Positions 1-11,927 of a stretch of DNA of 64,000 nucleotides are shown here, in pieces. Origin of the DNA: Alphaproteobacteria bacterium (GTDB lineage Bacteria; Pseudomonadota; Alphaproteobacteria; UBA828); the NCBI GenBank assembly GCA_965237415.1, contig CBDEFM010000002.1, forward strand, positions 3,264,001 through 3,328,000, given 5' to 3'. How positions within the stretch are numbered: position 1 is the first letter of the stretch; each line of letters begins with the position of its first letter. The notes beneath the pieces were generated by a model. That model was not told the DNA's origin. It searched no databases and worked only from the letters and a program-made list of their open reading frames with translations. The position numbers were made by a program, and so were the translations under genes.

Positions 1-615
1 GAACAGAAAATCCCAGAAGGGGATGATCGAGAAAAAGCGGATCGATTCGAACAGCACCGAGAGAACGATGCCGATGGTGGTGACGATGGCGATGCAGGAG
101 GAGAGGATCAGCGCAATGTTTACCACCCGCTCGACCTTGTTGCGCGCGCGCAAGCCGGGCGCAATGCGCCGCCAAGCCCAGCCGAAGCCGGCGCCCCCTA
201 AGGCCACGCCGATAGCCAGCACCGCGGCTTGCGCCGTCGATTTCATGCTGGCGTAGCGGCCGGCCGCCGCCTGCATGGCCGGGTCGACCTCGCGGCTTAC
301 CACGTCGCCTGAGGCCAGATTGCGCACATCGTTGAGCAAGAGGCCGATCATCGCGTCCGACTGCTCCGCCACCTCTGGGCCGAGGTAGGAGAGCAGCAGC
401 GCCTCCAGGATCGGCGCCTCGATAATCAGCCAGACGATGAGGACGATGGCGGAGGGGATGCCGCACCAGAGCGCCACGTACCAGCCGTGATAGCTCGGCA
501 TCGAGTGGAGCTTGCTGAGATTGCTGCCGGCCGAGCGGAGCGCCCGCCGGCGGCCGAAGTAGAGGCCGATGACCGCGAGCGCCAGGATCGCGATGAGAAG
601 AATGGTGAGCTGCAC
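1..615 (-). CDS. pstC: Phosphate ABC transporter permease PstC (5' part; runs off window edge)
   Basis: Not in ORF track. Minus-strand translation from GTG at 615 gives MQLTILLIAILALAVIGLYFGRRRA...LHSMPSYHG...RARNKVERVV...IAIVTTIGIVLSVLFESIRFF, typical of alphaproteobacterial PstC; lies directly downstream of phoR. Confidence 0.85.
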   Translation of the reverse strand, partial: MQLTILLIAILALAVIGLYFGRRRALRSAGSNLSKLHSMPSYHGWYVALWCGIPSAIVLIVWLIIEAPILEALLLSYLGPEVAEQSDAMIGLLLNDVRNLASGDVVSREVDPAMQAAAGRYASMKSTAQAAVLAIGVALGGAGFGWAWRRIAPGLRARNKVERVVNIALILSSCIAIVTTIGIVLSVLFESIRFFSIIPFWDFLF

Positions 616-692
616 GCCGTCGGCCGCCCCTGCACCTTGCGCCCGATCGAGCGAGCGCTTGCCGCACACTACGAACGGGCTGGTTCAGGCAT

Positions 693-721
693 AAGTCAGT
701 TTCGTTACGATTTTGTGACGG
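693..721 (-). promoter_or_regulatory. Pho box(es) upstream of pstC
   Basis: Minus strand CCGTCAC-AAAA-TCGTAAC-GAAA-CTGACTT: 11-bp periodic half-sites resembling CTGTCAT-N4-CTGTCAT, overlapping the phoR stop. Confidence 0.7.
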
Positions 722-2201
722 CTACTTCGGACGATTCGTCCGCTCTCCCGTTGGCCGTGTCGCTTGCCGGCTGCGCCGCCCCTTCCAGCGCCGCGTCTTC
801 GGCCACCGCGGCGGGCTGCAGGTAAACCGTGAACGTGCTGCCTTTTCCGGGGGTGCTGTCGATGGCGAGCGCACCGCGGTGCCTGTTCACGATGTGCTTG
901 ACGATGGCGAGCCCGAGGCCGGTGCCGCCGAGCTCGCGCGAGCGCGCCTTGTCCACGCGGTAGAAGCGCTCCGTGAGCCGCGGCAGATGCTCGCGCGGAA
1001 TACCCGCGCCCCGGTCAACGACAGAGACTGCAACCGCGCCGTCTTTGCTCGCCATCCAACCGGCCGCCTGCGCCTCCGCCACCCGGCGCGCTTCCACACT
1101 GACGGTTCCCTCGGCGTCGCCGTACTTGATCGCGTTGTCGACCAGGTTGAGAAACACCTGGGTGAGCTCGTCGCCGTCGCCGATCACGGGCGGCAGGCCG
1201 TCTTCGGTGTCGATGGCAACGGTCACGCCGCGCTTTTCCGCCTGCCATGCGAGCGTGTTGTGCACGTTTGCGAGCAGAGAGGGGAGCGGCACCGCTTCGG
1301 TCGGCGGCGTGTGCTCGTTCATCTCGATGCGTGAGAGTGAGAGCAGGTCCTCGACAAGGCGCGCCATGCGCTTGCTGTGCTGATCCATGATGGCGAGGAA
1401 GCGCTCGCGCGCGGCGGGGTCGTCGCGGGCGGACCCCTGCAGCGTCTCGATGAATCCCATCAGCGTGGCCAGCGGCGTCCTGATCTCGTGGCTCGCATTG
1501 GCGACGAAGTCCGCCCGCATCTGATCGGTGCGGCGCACCGCCGTGAAGTCGACGAGCGCGAGTAGAACGGCAGCACCGCCCTCCCTCGGCTCGGGCAGCG
1601 GCTCCACCCGCGCCGCGAAGGTCCGTTCGACCGGCGCTTGCAGCGTGAACTCGATGTCGCGCCCACCGGCACCCTCGAGGGTCTGCTCGACCGCTTCGAT
1701 CAGTTGCGGATTGCGCAGCGACGCAGCGATGTGGCGCCCGATCACCTTGCCGTCGAGGAGCGATTCGGCCGCCCGGTTGGCACGCACGATCTTGCGCTCG
1801 GCATCCAGCAGGAGGAGCGGCTCGGGCAAGGCATCGAGCGCGCGTTCGAGCTCGGCCCGCTCGCTCGCGAGCTGCGCCCGGTCCTCGGCGCCGAGCCGGG
1901 CCAGGCGCTCGACCGATGCCGCAAGCTCACGGGTGAGGAGCCCCGCCGGAACGGGGCGTCGCTGTGCTTCGCCCTCGCTCCCGGCAGAGGTCTCCACATG
2001 GCGCGCCAGCGCGCCCACCTCCGCCAGTATCATGCCGGCTACCGCTGCCGCGAGAAGGCTGAGGCCCGCCCAAGCCAGCACCGCCGCGATGGGCGGCGTG
2101 AGGCTCAGTGCGGCAAGCACCAGGAATGCGGTTCCAAGTGGCAACGATGCCGCAAGGCTGAGCCGCCCCCACCGGCGAAGCGGAACAACGCGTGCCGCCA
2201 T
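705..2201 (-). CDS. phoR: Phosphate regulon sensor histidine kinase PhoR
   Basis: PAS region, H-box [15 protein letters not shown]-box [40 protein letters not shown] at 2201 follows an AAGGAG RBS; upstream of pstC. Confidence 0.92.
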   Translation of the reverse strand: MAARVVPLRRWGRLSLAASLPLGTAFLVLAALSLTPPIAAVLAWAGLSLLAAAVAGMILAEVGALARHVETSAGSEGEAQRRPVPAGLLTRELAASVERLARLGAEDRAQLASERAELERALDALPEPLLLLDAERKIVRANRAAESLLDGKVIGRHIAASLRNPQLIEAVEQTLEGAGGRDIEFTLQAPVERTFAARVEPLPEPREGGAAVLLALVDFTAVRRTDQMRADFVANASHEIRTPLATLMGFIETLQGSARDDPAARERFLAIMDQHSKRMARLVEDLLSLSRIEMNEHTPPTEAVPLPSLLANVHNTLAWQAEKRGVTVAIDTEDGLPPVIGDGDELTQVFLNLVDNAIKYGDAEGTVSVEARRVAEAQAAGWMASKDGAVAVSVVDRGAGIPREHLPRLTERFYRVDKARSRELGGTGLGLAIVKHIVNRHRGALAIDSTPGKGSTFTVYLQPAAVAEDAALEGAAQPASDTANGRADESSEVAVTKS

Positions 2202-2267
2202 CGATCGGCTCTCCTTCGGAGCGTGGTTTCGGGCGCCTGAGTCTACCAAAGGGTTCTCGCCCTAAGC

Positions 2268-2285
2268 ATGACGAATATGTGACGA
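2268..2285 (-). promoter_or_regulatory. Pho box upstream of phoR
   Basis: Minus strand TCGTCAC-ATAT-TCGTCAT, two direct half-sites with a 4-nt AT spacer. Confidence 0.7.
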
Positions 2286-2350
2286 ACAGGTGTCAGAGGC
2301 GCCGCCGTCAGGCGCGAAACGCCGGTGCCTCCTTGTGCTACTTTTGCGCC

Positions 2351-5086
2351 ATGCCCAATGACGCCGAGGCGCAAGCGACCGCCGCGCCGGCCGCCGCCCG
2401 CGGCGCCCGCCGGGGCCGGCCACGCGCCCGCCGTGTGGAACCGGCGACGCCGATGATGGCGCAGTATCTCGAAATCAAGGGCGCCAACCCGGACCACCTC
2501 CTCTTCTACCGGATGGGCGACTTCTACGAGCTCTTCTTCGACGATGCACGTCAAGCTTCAGATGCGCTCGACATCGCGCTCACCAAGCGGGGCCTCCACC
2601 AGGGGCAGGAGATCCCCATGTGCGGGGTGCCCGTGGTGAGCGCCGAGGGCTACCTCCAGCGGCTCATCCGCAAGGGCTTCAAGGTCGCGGTGTGCGAACA
2701 GGTCGAGGACCCGGCAGAGGCGCGCAAGCGCGGCGCAAAGGCGGTCGTGCGCCGCGAGGTGATCCGGCTGTTGACGCCGGGGACGCTGAGCGAGGACGCG
2801 CTGCTGGATGCGCGCGCGGCCAACTATCTCGCAGCGCTCGCCCAGGCCGAAGGGGCGCTGGCGCTGGCGTGGGCCGAGATGTCCACCGGCGAATTCGCGG
2901 TGATGGGTGTCTCGGAGTCCTCTCTGCCCGCAGCGCTCGCGCGCATCGAGCCCGGCGAACTCCTGGTGCCCGAGCCTTTGCTCGAAGCTCCGGCGCTCTT
3001 CGAGGTATTCGCCGAGTGGAAGGCCGTCCTCACCCCCCAGCCGCGCTCGCTCTTCGATAGCGTGGCCTCGGGGCGCGCGCTCGCAGCCTTCTACGGCATT
3101 GCCTCCCTCGATGGCCTCGGCAGTTTTGGCCGGGCGGAGCTCGCGGCGGCGGGCGCCGTGCTCGGCTATCTCAGGCTTACCCAGAAGGGCCAACTACCCC
3201 GGCTCGCGCGGCTCCGCTCGACCGCGGCCGGGGCAGCGATGACGATCGACGCCGCGACCCGGCGCAACCTGGAACTCACGGCGACGCTGGAAGGGGGCGC
3301 CGCCGGCAGCCTGCTTGCGGTCATCGACCGTACCGTGACCGGCGCCGGCGCCCGGCTGCTCAGGGCACGGCTCACAGCGCCGCTCACCGACCCGGACGCC
3401 ATCGCCGAGCGCCTCGATTCGGTCGGTTTTCTCGTCGAGGCCGAGGGCGCGCGGCACGGCCTCAGGGAGCGGCTGCGGCGCTGCCCGGATATGGAACGTG
3501 CGCTCTCACGGCTCAGCCTCGGCCGCGGCGGGCCGCGCGACCTCGCCGCGGTGCGCGACGCGCTCGGACAGATTCCGGCGATCCGCGATGCCCTCGGCGC
3601 CGATGCTGCGGGCGGCCTGCAGGCGCCGCCACCGGCGCTCGCGGCCTCTCTCAAGGCGCTCGGCCATCACCAGAGCCTCGTCGACCGACTGACGCGCGCC
3701 CTGGTGGAGAGCCCGCCGCCCGGCACCCGGGACGGCGGCATCATCGCGCGCGGCTACGATGCGGCGCTTGACGAGGTGGTTGAGCTTCGCGACCACAGCC
3801 GGCGCCTGGTCGGCGGGCTGGAGGCCCGCTACCGCAGCGAGACCGGCGTGGGCGCGCTCAAGGTGCGCCATAACAACGTGCTCGGCTACTACGTCGAGGT
3901 GCCGCCACAGCGGGCCAAGGCGCTGCCCGAGGCCTTCATTCACCGGCAGACCCTTGCCAGCGCCGTCCGCTACACGACCGTGGAGCTGGGCGAGCTCGAA
4001 GCGCGGATCAACGGCGCGGCCGAGAAGGCGCTCGCGCTCGAGCAGGCACACTTCGACGATCTCCGCGCAGATGTCGTCCGCCGGGCGGACGATATCGCGC
4101 GTGCCGCCGGCGCGCTCGCAATGCTCGACGTGGCCGAGGGGCTGGCGCTGCTCGCGGTCGAGCGCCGCTACGTGCGGCCGGTCGTCGATCGCACGCTCGC
4201 ATTCGAGATCAGGGGCGGACGGCACCCGGTGGTCGAGGCGATGGGTGCGGGCGGAGACACACCCTTCGTCCCCAACGACTGCGAGCTCGGCGATGCGGCC
4301 AGGATTTGGCTGGTCACCGGCCCCAACATGGCCGGCAAGAGCACCTTCCTGCGCCAGAATGCGCTGATCGCGGTGCTGGCCCAGATGGGCTCGTTCGTGC
4401 CCGCCGACGAAGCCCGCATCGGCGTGGTGGACCGGCTCTTCTCCCGCGTGGGCGCAGCGGACGACCTCGCGCGAGGCCGCTCCACCTTCATGGTTGAGAT
4501 GGTGGAGACCGCCGCCATCCTCAATCAGGCCGGCGAGCGCGCCCTGGTGATCCTCGATGAGATCGGGCGGGGCACCGCCACCTATGACGGGCTCTCGATC
4601 GCCTGGGCCGCAATCGAGCACCTGCACGACAGCAACCGCTGCCGGTCGCTCTTCGCGACCCATTATCACGAGCTCACGGCGCTTGCCCAAAAGCTCGACC
4701 GGCTCGCCTGCCACACCATGCGAATCAAGGAATGGCAGGGCAAGGTCGTGTTCCTGCACGAGGTGGCGCCGGGCGCGGCCGATCGTTCCTACGGCATCCA
4801 CGTGGCGCGCCTTGCGGGATTGCCCGAGGCGGTGCTCGCCCGCGCCGAGGAGGTGCTGGCGCTGCTCGAACAGGGCGACAAAGCCAATGCCGCCGCCCGG
4901 CTCGCCAACGACCTGCCGCTTTTTCAGGCCCGCCCGCAGGCGGCGCCCGCCCAGGCGGAACCGGCACCCGATCCGCTCCGTGCCCGCCTCGCCGAGATCA
5001 ACCCCGACGACCTCACCCCGCGGGATGCGCTGGAGCTCGTCTACGCGCTCCGCGCCGGGGTCAGGGACGATGAGACCCCGGACTGA
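2351..5086 (+). CDS. mutS: DNA mismatch repair protein MutS
   Basis: [19 protein letters not shown], Walker [32 protein letters not shown]. Start trimmed to ATG 2351. Confidence 0.97.
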   Translation: MPNDAEAQATAAPAAARGARRGRPRARRVEPATPMMAQYLEIKGANPDHLLFYRMGDFYELFFDDARQASDALDIALTKRGLHQGQEIPMCGVPVVSAEGYLQRLIRKGFKVAVCEQVEDPAEARKRGAKAVVRREVIRLLTPGTLSEDALLDARAANYLAALAQAEGALALAWAEMSTGEFAVMGVSESSLPAALARIEPGELLVPEPLLEAPALFEVFAEWKAVLTPQPRSLFDSVASGRALAAFYGIASLDGLGSFGRAELAAAGAVLGYLRLTQKGQLPRLARLRSTAAGAAMTIDAATRRNLELTATLEGGAAGSLLAVIDRTVTGAGARLLRARLTAPLTDPDAIAERLDSVGFLVEAEGARHGLRERLRRCPDMERALSRLSLGRGGPRDLAAVRDALGQIPAIRDALGADAAGGLQAPPPALAASLKALGHHQSLVDRLTRALVESPPPGTRDGGIIARGYDAALDEVVELRDHSRRLVGGLEARYRSETGVGALKVRHNNVLGYYVEVPPQRAKALPEAFIHRQTLASAVRYTTVELGELEARINGAAEKALALEQAHFDDLRADVVRRADDIARAAGALAMLDVAEGLALLAVERRYVRPVVDRTLAFEIRGGRHPVVEAMGAGGDTPFVPNDCELGDAARIWLVTGPNMAGKSTFLRQNALIAVLAQMGSFVPADEARIGVVDRLFSRVGAADDLARGRSTFMVEMVETAAILNQAGERALVILDEIGRGTATYDGLSIAWAAIEHLHDSNRCRSLFATHYHELTALAQKLDRLACHTMRIKEWQGKVVFLHEVAPGAADRSYGIHVARLAGLPEAVLARAEEVLALLEQGDKANAAARLANDLPLFQARPQAAPAQAEPAPDPLRARLAEINPDDLTPRDALELVYALRAGVRDDETPD

Positions 5087-5149
5087 CCCGCAGCCCTGCA
5101 CCGGTATAAGATCGGGGCCTTCGGATCGACAGCGGGGTCGCGCGAGGCG

Positions 5150-6022
5150 ATGAAACCGCCGCCATTCGCCTATGAATGCCCGAGCCATGTGGCCGAAGCC
5201 GTGGCAATGCTCGCGGCGCATGGCGGGGATGCGCGGCCGCTCGCCGGCGGGCAAAGCCTGGTGCCGTTGCTCAACTTCCGCCTGGCGCGGCCCGCGGTTC
5301 TGGTCGATCTCAACCGCATCGAGACGCTCAGCCGCATCAGGGTGAGCGACGGCGCGCTCCGCATCGGTGCTATGGCCCGCCAGGCTGCCGTCGAGGCCGA
5401 TCCGGACGTGGCGAGCGGCTGGCCCCTGCTGACCGAGGCAATCGGTCACATCGCCCATCCGCAGATTCGCAACCGAGGTACCGTCGGCGGCAGCCTCGCC
5501 CACAACGATCCGGCGGCCGAGCTGCCAGCGGTGATGCTGGCGCTCGATGCCGAAATATCCGCTCAAGGTCCACAGGGGCAGCGTACGATCCCGGCCGGGG
5601 AGTTCTTTGCAGGGACGATGGAGACGGCGCTCGCGCCCGACGAGCTGCTCACCGAGATTGCTGTTCCGGCACTTCCCGAGGGGACCGGCTGGGGCTTTCA
5701 GGAGGTCGCGCGGCGCCAGGGGGATTTTGCGCTCGTGGCGGTCGCGGTGCTGATGCGGCCGGGCGGCGCCGGCGCCGGCGGCCTCGACGCCCGCGTCGTG
5801 GTCACCGGCACTGGCGACGGGCCGGCCCGTATGCGCCTGGCGGAGGCGGTTCTGACTGAGCGGGGAACGCACGGCGATGCGTGCGAGGCGGCGGGCAACG
5901 CCGCGGCCGAGGCCTGCGATGCGGCGGACGATCCGCACGCGCCGGCCTGGTATCGCCAGAAGCTCGTGGCGGTGCTGACCCGCCGCGCCTGCCGCGATGC
6001 GGCGATGCGGATGGGGCGCTGA
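5150..6022 (+). CDS. Xanthine dehydrogenase/CoxM-family FAD-binding subunit
   Basis: MKPPPFAY, LAGGQSLVPLLNFRLARP, IRNRGTVGGSLAHNDPAAE. Confidence 0.9.
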   Translation: MKPPPFAYECPSHVAEAVAMLAAHGGDARPLAGGQSLVPLLNFRLARPAVLVDLNRIETLSRIRVSDGALRIGAMARQAAVEADPDVASGWPLLTEAIGHIAHPQIRNRGTVGGSLAHNDPAAELPAVMLALDAEISAQGPQGQRTIPAGEFFAGTMETALAPDELLTEIAVPALPEGTGWGFQEVARRQGDFALVAVAVLMRPGGAGAGGLDARVVVTGTGDGPARMRLAEAVLTERGTHGDACEAAGNAAAEACDAADDPHAPAWYRQKLVAVLTRRACRDAAMRMGR

Positions 6023-6511
6023 ATGGTTGACCACGAGCGCAGCGTGTGCGTGACCATCAACGGCGAGGCCCACGAGCGGCGGGTCGAGCCGAGGCTCCTG
6101 CTCTCGGACTTCATCCGCCACGAAGCGGGGCTCACCGGCACCCATGTGGGCTGCGAGCATGGGGTCTGCGGCGCCTGCACGGTGCTGATGGACGGTAAGC
6201 CCGTGCGCTCCTGCCTGATGTTTGCGGTGCAGGCGGACGGCGCCTCGGTGGAGACGGTGGAATCGCTTGCAGATGGCGAGACGCTGCACCCGCTGCAGGA
6301 AGCCTTCCGCCGCGAGCATGGGCTGCAGTGCGGCTATTGCACGCCCGGTATTCTGATGACGCTCAAGCCCTTCCTCCAGGCCAACCCGGCGCCGACCGAC
6401 GCAGAGATTCGCCGGGCGCTCTCGGGCAATCTCTGCCGCTGTACCGGCTATCAGCAGATCGTGGCGGCGGTTCGTCGGGCCGCGGCAATGCTGCGAGGCG
6501 AAGACTCATGA
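6023..6511 (+). CDS. CoxS-family 2x[2Fe-2S] subunit
   Basis: [10 protein letters not shown]...SC and QCGYCTPG...GNLCRCTGY. Confidence 0.92.
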   Translation: MVDHERSVCVTINGEAHERRVEPRLLLSDFIRHEAGLTGTHVGCEHGVCGACTVLMDGKPVRSCLMFAVQADGASVETVESLADGETLHPLQEAFRREHGLQCGYCTPGILMTLKPFLQANPAPTDAEIRRALSGNLCRCTGYQQIVAAVRRAAAMLRGEDS

Positions 6512-8841
6512 CCACGCGGCTGATCGGGGAGCCGGTCGAGCGGCGGGAGGATGCGCGTCTGCTCACCGGGCGGGCGCGCTTCATCGACGACATCCACCTG
6601 CCGGGCATGCTGCACGCGGCGGTGCTGCGCAGCCCCCACGCCAAGGCGCGCTTCACGCGCATCGAGGCGAGCGCGGCGCTCGTGCTCCCCGGCGTGCATG
6701 CGGTGATTACCCACGAGGACCTGGGCTTTGCCAACGCGGCCATGCCGCTGCTCAACGAGGACCCCGGCTTCATCAACCCGCGCACCCATCAGGCGTTGGC
6801 ACCGGGCCAGGTGCGTTTCGTGGGCGAGGCGGTGGCGCTGGTGGTCGCCGACAGCCGCTATCTCGCCGAGGACGCGCTGGACCTGATCGCGGTCGACTAT
6901 GCGCCAGAGGCGGCGGCGGTCGATCTCGTCGCTGCGGCGGAGCCGGGCGCGCCGCTCGTCCACGACGACACCGATTCGAACATCGCCTGCCGCACCGCCG
7001 ATCTAAGCGGGGACATCGAGAGCGCCTTCGCCGCGGCCGATTTCGTGCTGCGCGAGGAGCTCCGGCCCGAGCGGGGCGCGGCCCAGCCCATGGAGACCCG
7101 CGGCGTCGTCGCCCGCTACGACGGGAGTCTCGACCAGCTCACGATCTGGGATACCACACAGGCGCCGGTGGCGGCCCGCGGCGTGATTGCGGAGAAGCTG
7201 GGGATGCCGGAGGCCGCGATCACCGTGATCGCGCCGGATGTGGGCGGCGGCTTCGGCGTCAAGATCTTCCTGGTCTACCCGGAGGAACTGCTCATCCCCT
7301 TCGCAGCCCGGCTGCTCGGCCGCCCGGTCAAGTGGATCGAGGACCGCCGCGAGCACTTCATCGGCTCCAACCACGAGCGGCTGATGGTGCACCGCATCGA
7401 AGTGGCTGCGACGAAGGACGGGCACATCCTCGGGATCAAGGACCACTTCCTCTACGACAGCGGCGCCTACTGCCCCTACGGCCCCATCAATGCCCAGTGC
7501 GCCCAGGCCATTCTGCCCGGCCCCTACAAGATTCCGGCGGTGCACACGGAATACGAGGCCGTCTACACCAACACCCCGATCGTGAGCCCCTACCGCGGCG
7601 CGGGTCAGCCGCACGGCGCCTTCGTCATGGAAACGGCCATGAACCACGTCGCCCGTGCGCTCGGCCTCGATGCAGCCGAGATCAGGCGGCGCAATCTGGT
7701 GCGGCCCGAGGACTGCCCCTGGGATTCGGGCCGCATCTTCCAGGGCAACACGCCGCTCATCCACCGCGACAGCGACTATCCCGCCCAGCTCGCGAAGACT
7801 CTCGACGCGCTCGACTACGCGGGCGTGAAGCGCAGCCAGCCGGCGGCGCGCGAGCAGGGAATCTTCCGCGGCGCCGGCATTGCTTTCTTTGTCGAGGGCA
7901 CCGGCATCTCGCCCTACGAGGGCGTCGAGGTGCGGGTGGAGCCCACCGGCCATGTGCACGTGACGACCGGCTATCCCTCGCAGGGGCAGGGCCATCACAC
8001 GACGCTCGCGCAGGTGGTGGCGGAGACCTTGAGCGTCGCGCCGGAGCAGGTGGTAGTCGAGAGCGGGCGGAGCGACCGCTTCGCCTGGGGGGTGGGCACC
8101 TTCGCCAGCCGCTCGGCCGTGATCGGCGGCAGTGCCGCGCTCGGCGCAGCCCAGGTCGTTCGCGCGCGGGCGCTGAACCTTGCCTCGGACGAGTTGGAGG
8201 CGGCGCCCGAGGACCTGGTGCTGGCGGATGGCGCCGTCCACGTAAAGGGAGCGCCGCAGATGGCGGTCACGCTGGCCGCTCTCGCGCGCGCGGCCGACCC
8301 CATCAACACGCTGGAATCGGGCACCGAGCCCGGCTTGCGGGCCGCCGACTATTACCGCTCTCCCGACGGCGCGTTCGCGAGCGGAGTCCACGGGCTGATC
8401 GTGGTCGTGGATGCCGCCACCGGCATGGTGGAGATCGAGAAATACGTGGTGGTCCACGACTGCGGCGCGATGATCAACCCCACCATCGTCGAGGGCCAGA
8501 TCCTGGGCGGCACGGCGCAGGGGATCGGCGGCGCCTTCTACGAGAAGCTCAGGTTCGACGAGGCGGGCCAGCCGCTGGTCACGACCTTCATGGACTATCT
8601 GATCCCGACGGCCATGGAGATCCCGCCCATCGAGATTATTCACATGGAGAGCCGCTCCAGCCTCAACCCCTTGGGCGTCAAGGGTGTGGGCGAGGGCGGC
8701 GCGATCCCGGCCGCCGCGGCCTTCGCCGGCGCCGTCGAAGACGCACTGGAGCCCTTCGGCGCGATCATCCGCGCTGTCCCCCTCGACCCGCCTGCCGTGC
8801 TGGCCCTGATCGAGGGGCGGAGTGGGGACAGCACGGCATGA
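6508..8841 (+). CDS. Xanthine-oxidase-family molybdopterin-binding large subunit (not form I CODH)
   Basis: [15 protein letters not shown] active-site loop, QGQGH, GTFASRS, GVKGVGE. ATG 6508 overlaps the small-subunit stop (ATGA). Confidence 0.9.
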   Translation: MTTRLIGEPVERREDARLLTGRARFIDDIHLPGMLHAAVLRSPHAKARFTRIEASAALVLPGVHAVITHEDLGFANAAMPLLNEDPGFINPRTHQALAPGQVRFVGEAVALVVADSRYLAEDALDLIAVDYAPEAAAVDLVAAAEPGAPLVHDDTDSNIACRTADLSGDIESAFAAADFVLREELRPERGAAQPMETRGVVARYDGSLDQLTIWDTTQAPVAARGVIAEKLGMPEAAITVIAPDVGGGFGVKIFLVYPEELLIPFAARLLGRPVKWIEDRREHFIGSNHERLMVHRIEVAATKDGHILGIKDHFLYDSGAYCPYGPINAQCAQAILPGPYKIPAVHTEYEAVYTNTPIVSPYRGAGQPHGAFVMETAMNHVARALGLDAAEIRRRNLVRPEDCPWDSGRIFQGNTPLIHRDSDYPAQLAKTLDALDYAGVKRSQPAAREQGIFRGAGIAFFVEGTGISPYEGVEVRVEPTGHVHVTTGYPSQGQGHHTTLAQVVAETLSVAPEQVVVESGRSDRFAWGVGTFASRSAVIGGSAALGAAQVVRARALNLASDELEAAPEDLVLADGAVHVKGAPQMAVTLAALARAADPINTLESGTEPGLRAADYYRSPDGAFASGVHGLIVVVDAATGMVEIEKYVVVHDCGAMINPTIVEGQILGGTAQGIGGAFYEKLRFDEAGQPLVTTFMDYLIPTAMEIPPIEIIHMESRSSLNPLGVKGVGEGGAIPAAAAFAGAVEDALEPFGAIIRAVPLDPPAVLALIEGRSGDSTA

Positions 8842-8943
8842 CCTTGGTGAAGCCCGCCAACGATGGTCAACACTCGGGGGAAGAGCGAGTGTTCTAGCCG
8901 GCGTTATGTTCACTTCGAGTCTGTTTCCAGAAGGGGATGACGA

Positions 8944-9657
8944 TTGAGAATTCGACAAGTTGTTAATGAATCCGGCTCGTTTTCTGGAAGAGCGTTCGAT
9001 TTCGTCGTTCTCTTCCTGATCGTTTTCTCGATCATCACTTTGACTATAGATACGCTACCCGATTTGCCATCTTTCGTTAGTGACTTTCTTGATATTTCCG
9101 AGATCGTTATAACGGTTTTGTTTACAATCGAATACCTCGTTCGCATTGCTGCCGCTCCGAAGAAAATAGGTTACATACTCAGCTTCTATGGAATCGTAGA
9201 CTTAATTGCGATTCTTCCATTTTATATTGCGTTGGGTGTAGACCTTCGTGCAGTCCGTGCGTTTCGTTTGTTTCGCATTATCCGTATCTTGAAACTGACA
9301 CGCTACAGCCGGGCTATGGAACGCTTTGCGAAAGCACTCTCGTATGCAAAAGAAGAGGTGGTTATATTTTTCATTGCAACGATAATAATCCTGTATCTAG
9401 CCTCAGTTGGAATGTACTACTTTGAGCATGATGCGCAGCCGGACGCGTTTCGATCAATATTCGACAGCCTGTGGTGGGCTGTTGCCACGCTGACAACGGT
9501 TGGATACGGCGATATATACCCAGTAACTGTGGGTGGCAAGATATTCACATTCGTGATCCTTATGTGCGGTTTGGGTGTCGTGGCAGTGCCAGCTGGGCTC
9601 ATTTCAGCAGCATTGTCAAAAGTGCGACGAGATGAGGATCGCGAGAAGAATGAGTAA
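8944..9657 (+). CDS. Voltage-gated potassium channel (6TM ion transporter), AT-rich insert
   Basis: S4-like RAVRAFRLFRIIRILKLTRY, pore SLWWAVATLTTVGYGD. Codon usage is visibly AT-richer than the flanks. Confidence 0.88.
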   Translation: MRIRQVVNESGSFSGRAFDFVVLFLIVFSIITLTIDTLPDLPSFVSDFLDISEIVITVLFTIEYLVRIAAAPKKIGYILSFYGIVDLIAILPFYIALGVDLRAVRAFRLFRIIRILKLTRYSRAMERFAKALSYAKEEVVIFFIATIIILYLASVGMYYFEHDAQPDAFRSIFDSLWWAVATLTTVGYGDIYPVTVGGKIFTFVILMCGLGVVAVPAGLISAALSKVRRDEDREKNE

Positions 9658-9856
9658 GTCGCCTTCTGGAATACCCCGGAAGCATTCCGAGATAATGAGT
9701 CGATCGGGTTGTACTGGTGGGACACTGGCCAGAGTTTGGCTGTCGCCGCTTGGCGCCGTGGCGGCGGGCGACTATCGTGCGCGGCTTGTCGCGATAGCGC
9801 GGGGCAACACTGTGACCGGAGCACATAAGGCCGCATGAGTAGCCACGTGAGGCCGC

Positions 9857-11923
9857 ATGAGTAGCGCTGCTTCGGGCGCGCGTTACGTGCTCGCCGTCGA
9901 TGTCGGCGGCACGTTTACCGACGTAATCCGCCACGACACGGAGACCGGCGCGGTCGAGATCGCGAAGACCGCGTCCACCCCGCCCGACTTCATCGGCGGC
10001 ATGCTCGCCGGCATCGACGCCGTGGGCGCCGAGCCCCGCGACATCAAGCTCATCAAGATCGGCACTACCATCGCCACCAACACGGTCATCATGCGCACGG
10101 GTGCGCGCACCGCGCTTGTGACCACGGCGGGCTTCACCGACGTTCTGCACGCCGCGCGTGCGGCCCGGCCCACGCTCTACGATTCCGATTGGGACCCGGC
10201 GCCGGCGCTGGTCGACCGACGCGACACAATGACCGTCGCCCAGCGCACGACCTACGAAGGCGAGGTGCTGGAGCCGCTCGACGAGGCGGGCTTGCGCGCC
10301 ATCGCGGCGCGGCTCCAAGAGCGCGGCGTCGAGGCGGTGGCGGTGAGCTTCCTCCACAGCTACATCAACGATGCCCATGAGCGTCGCGCGCAGGAGATTT
10401 TGGCCGACGAGATGCCGGGCAGCTACGTCTGCCGCTCGTCGGACATCCTGCCCGAGATCCGCGAGTTCGAGCGCACCAGCACGACCGTGGCCAACGCCTA
10501 TCTCGGCCCGGTGCTGGAGCGCTATCTCGCCGCGCTCCTCGACCGGCTGGAAGGCATCGGCTACGACGGGCCGGTCCTCATCACCCATTCCGGCGGCGGC
10601 GTCATGTCCATCGAGGCGGCGCGGCGCATCCCCGCGCGTATCTGCCAGTCGGGGCCGGCGGCGGGCGTGATGGCGGGCGCCGCCATCGGGCGCCTCGCCG
10701 AGAGGCCCGACGTGATCGTCCTCGACGTCGGCGGGACCAGCGCCGACGTCTCGCTCTCGCGCCGGGGCCGCGCGCTGATCCGGCCCGAGTGGAACATCGA
10801 ATTCAACATCGTCATCAGCTTCCCCTCGGTGGATGTCACCGCCATCGGTGCCGGCGGCGGCTCTATCGCCCGTATCGACGAGGGCGGGGTGTTGAAGGTG
10901 GGGCCGGAGAGCGCCGGCGCGCGGCCCGGGCCGGCCTGCTACGGCCAGGGCGGCATCCAGCCCACCGCGACCGATGCGAACCTGGTGCTGGGCCGGCTCG
11001 GCGCAGAGACTAAGCTCGCCGGCCAGGTGGCACTGCACCCAGAGATTGCCGCGCAGGCCATCGACCGGATCGCGGAGCCTTTGGGCTATTCGCGGGCGGA
11101 AGCCGCCACCGGAATCTTGCGCGTCATGCGCGCCAACATGGCGGGCGCGATCCGCCTCGTCTCGGTGAAGCGCGGCCACGATCCGCGCGACTTCGCGCTG
11201 GTTGCCTTCGGCGGCGCCGGGCCGCTCTATGCGGTCGAGCTCGCCCGCGAACTCGGCATTCCCGAGGTGATCGTGCCCTTCCGCCCCGGCCTCGGCTCGG
11301 CCATGGGCGTGCTCCACGTAGAGGTGCGGCACGACTTCGTGCAGTCGATCTTCGCGACCAACGAGCGCTTCGATGTGGGCGAGATCAACGACGCCTTCGC
11401 CCAGCTGGAGGCGCGTGCCCGCGTCCGCCTCGGCCGGGACGGCGTTGCGGCCGAGGACGTGGTGCTCCGCCGCGAGATCGATGTGCGCTACTATGGCCAG
11501 GTCTCGGGCGGCCTCACGCTCCCGGTCAAGGCGGGCGCGCTCGATGACGACGATATCCGGGGCCTCTTCCGCTCCTTCCACGTTCGCCACACCGAGGACT
11601 ATGGTTATTCCTTGCCGGAGGACCTTGCCGAGCTCGAAATCGTCAACGCCCGCGTCGCGGCGGAGGCGCGCGTCACGACCGGCGCGACGCCTGTGTTCGG
11701 CGCGAATGGCGCGGGCGATCCCGCTCCGAGCGGGCGCAGAAAGATGTTCGACGAGGCCGAAGGCTGGGTGGAGGCGCCGGTCTACGAACGCACCGCGCTC
11801 CCGGTCGGTTTCGAGATTCCGGGCCCCGCCATCATCGAGCAGCTGGACAGCACGACCCTGCTCGTCCCCGGCTCTTCGGCCCGGGTTGACGAGCGTTTCA
11901 ACCTGATCTGCACGAGCGGGTGA
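9857..11923 (+). CDS. Hydantoinase/oxoprolinase subunit A (ATP-binding)
   Basis: VDVGGTFTD, EFERTSTTVANAY, SGPAAG, DVGGTSAD, GAGGGSIA, GPESAGARPGPACY. Confidence 0.92.
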   Translation: MSSAASGARYVLAVDVGGTFTDVIRHDTETGAVEIAKTASTPPDFIGGMLAGIDAVGAEPRDIKLIKIGTTIATNTVIMRTGARTALVTTAGFTDVLHAARAARPTLYDSDWDPAPALVDRRDTMTVAQRTTYEGEVLEPLDEAGLRAIAARLQERGVEAVAVSFLHSYINDAHERRAQEILADEMPGSYVCRSSDILPEIREFERTSTTVANAYLGPVLERYLAALLDRLEGIGYDGPVLITHSGGGVMSIEAARRIPARICQSGPAAGVMAGAAIGRLAERPDVIVLDVGGTSADVSLSRRGRALIRPEWNIEFNIVISFPSVDVTAIGAGGGSIARIDEGGVLKVGPESAGARPGPACYGQGGIQPTATDANLVLGRLGAETKLAGQVALHPEIAAQAIDRIAEPLGYSRAEAATGILRVMRANMAGAIRLVSVKRGHDPRDFALVAFGGAGPLYAVELARELGIPEVIVPFRPGLGSAMGVLHVEVRHDFVQSIFATNERFDVGEINDAFAQLEARARVRLGRDGVAAEDVVLRREIDVRYYGQVSGGLTLPVKAGALDDDDIRGLFRSFHVRHTEDYGYSLPEDLAELEIVNARVAAEARVTTGATPVFGANGAGDPAPSGRRKMFDEAEGWVEAPVYERTALPVGFEIPGPAIIEQLDSTTLLVPGSSARVDERFNLICTSG

Positions 11924-11927
11924 GGCC

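Noticed and set aside
5150-8841. Aerobic CO dehydrogenase
   Set aside because: Large subunit has PYRGAG, not AYxCSFR, and no coxDEFG genes are present.
8898-9700. Integron cassette around the K+ channel (GCGTTATGT resembles an attC right end)
   Set aside because: No RYYYAAC/attC hairpin after the gene and no intI in the window.
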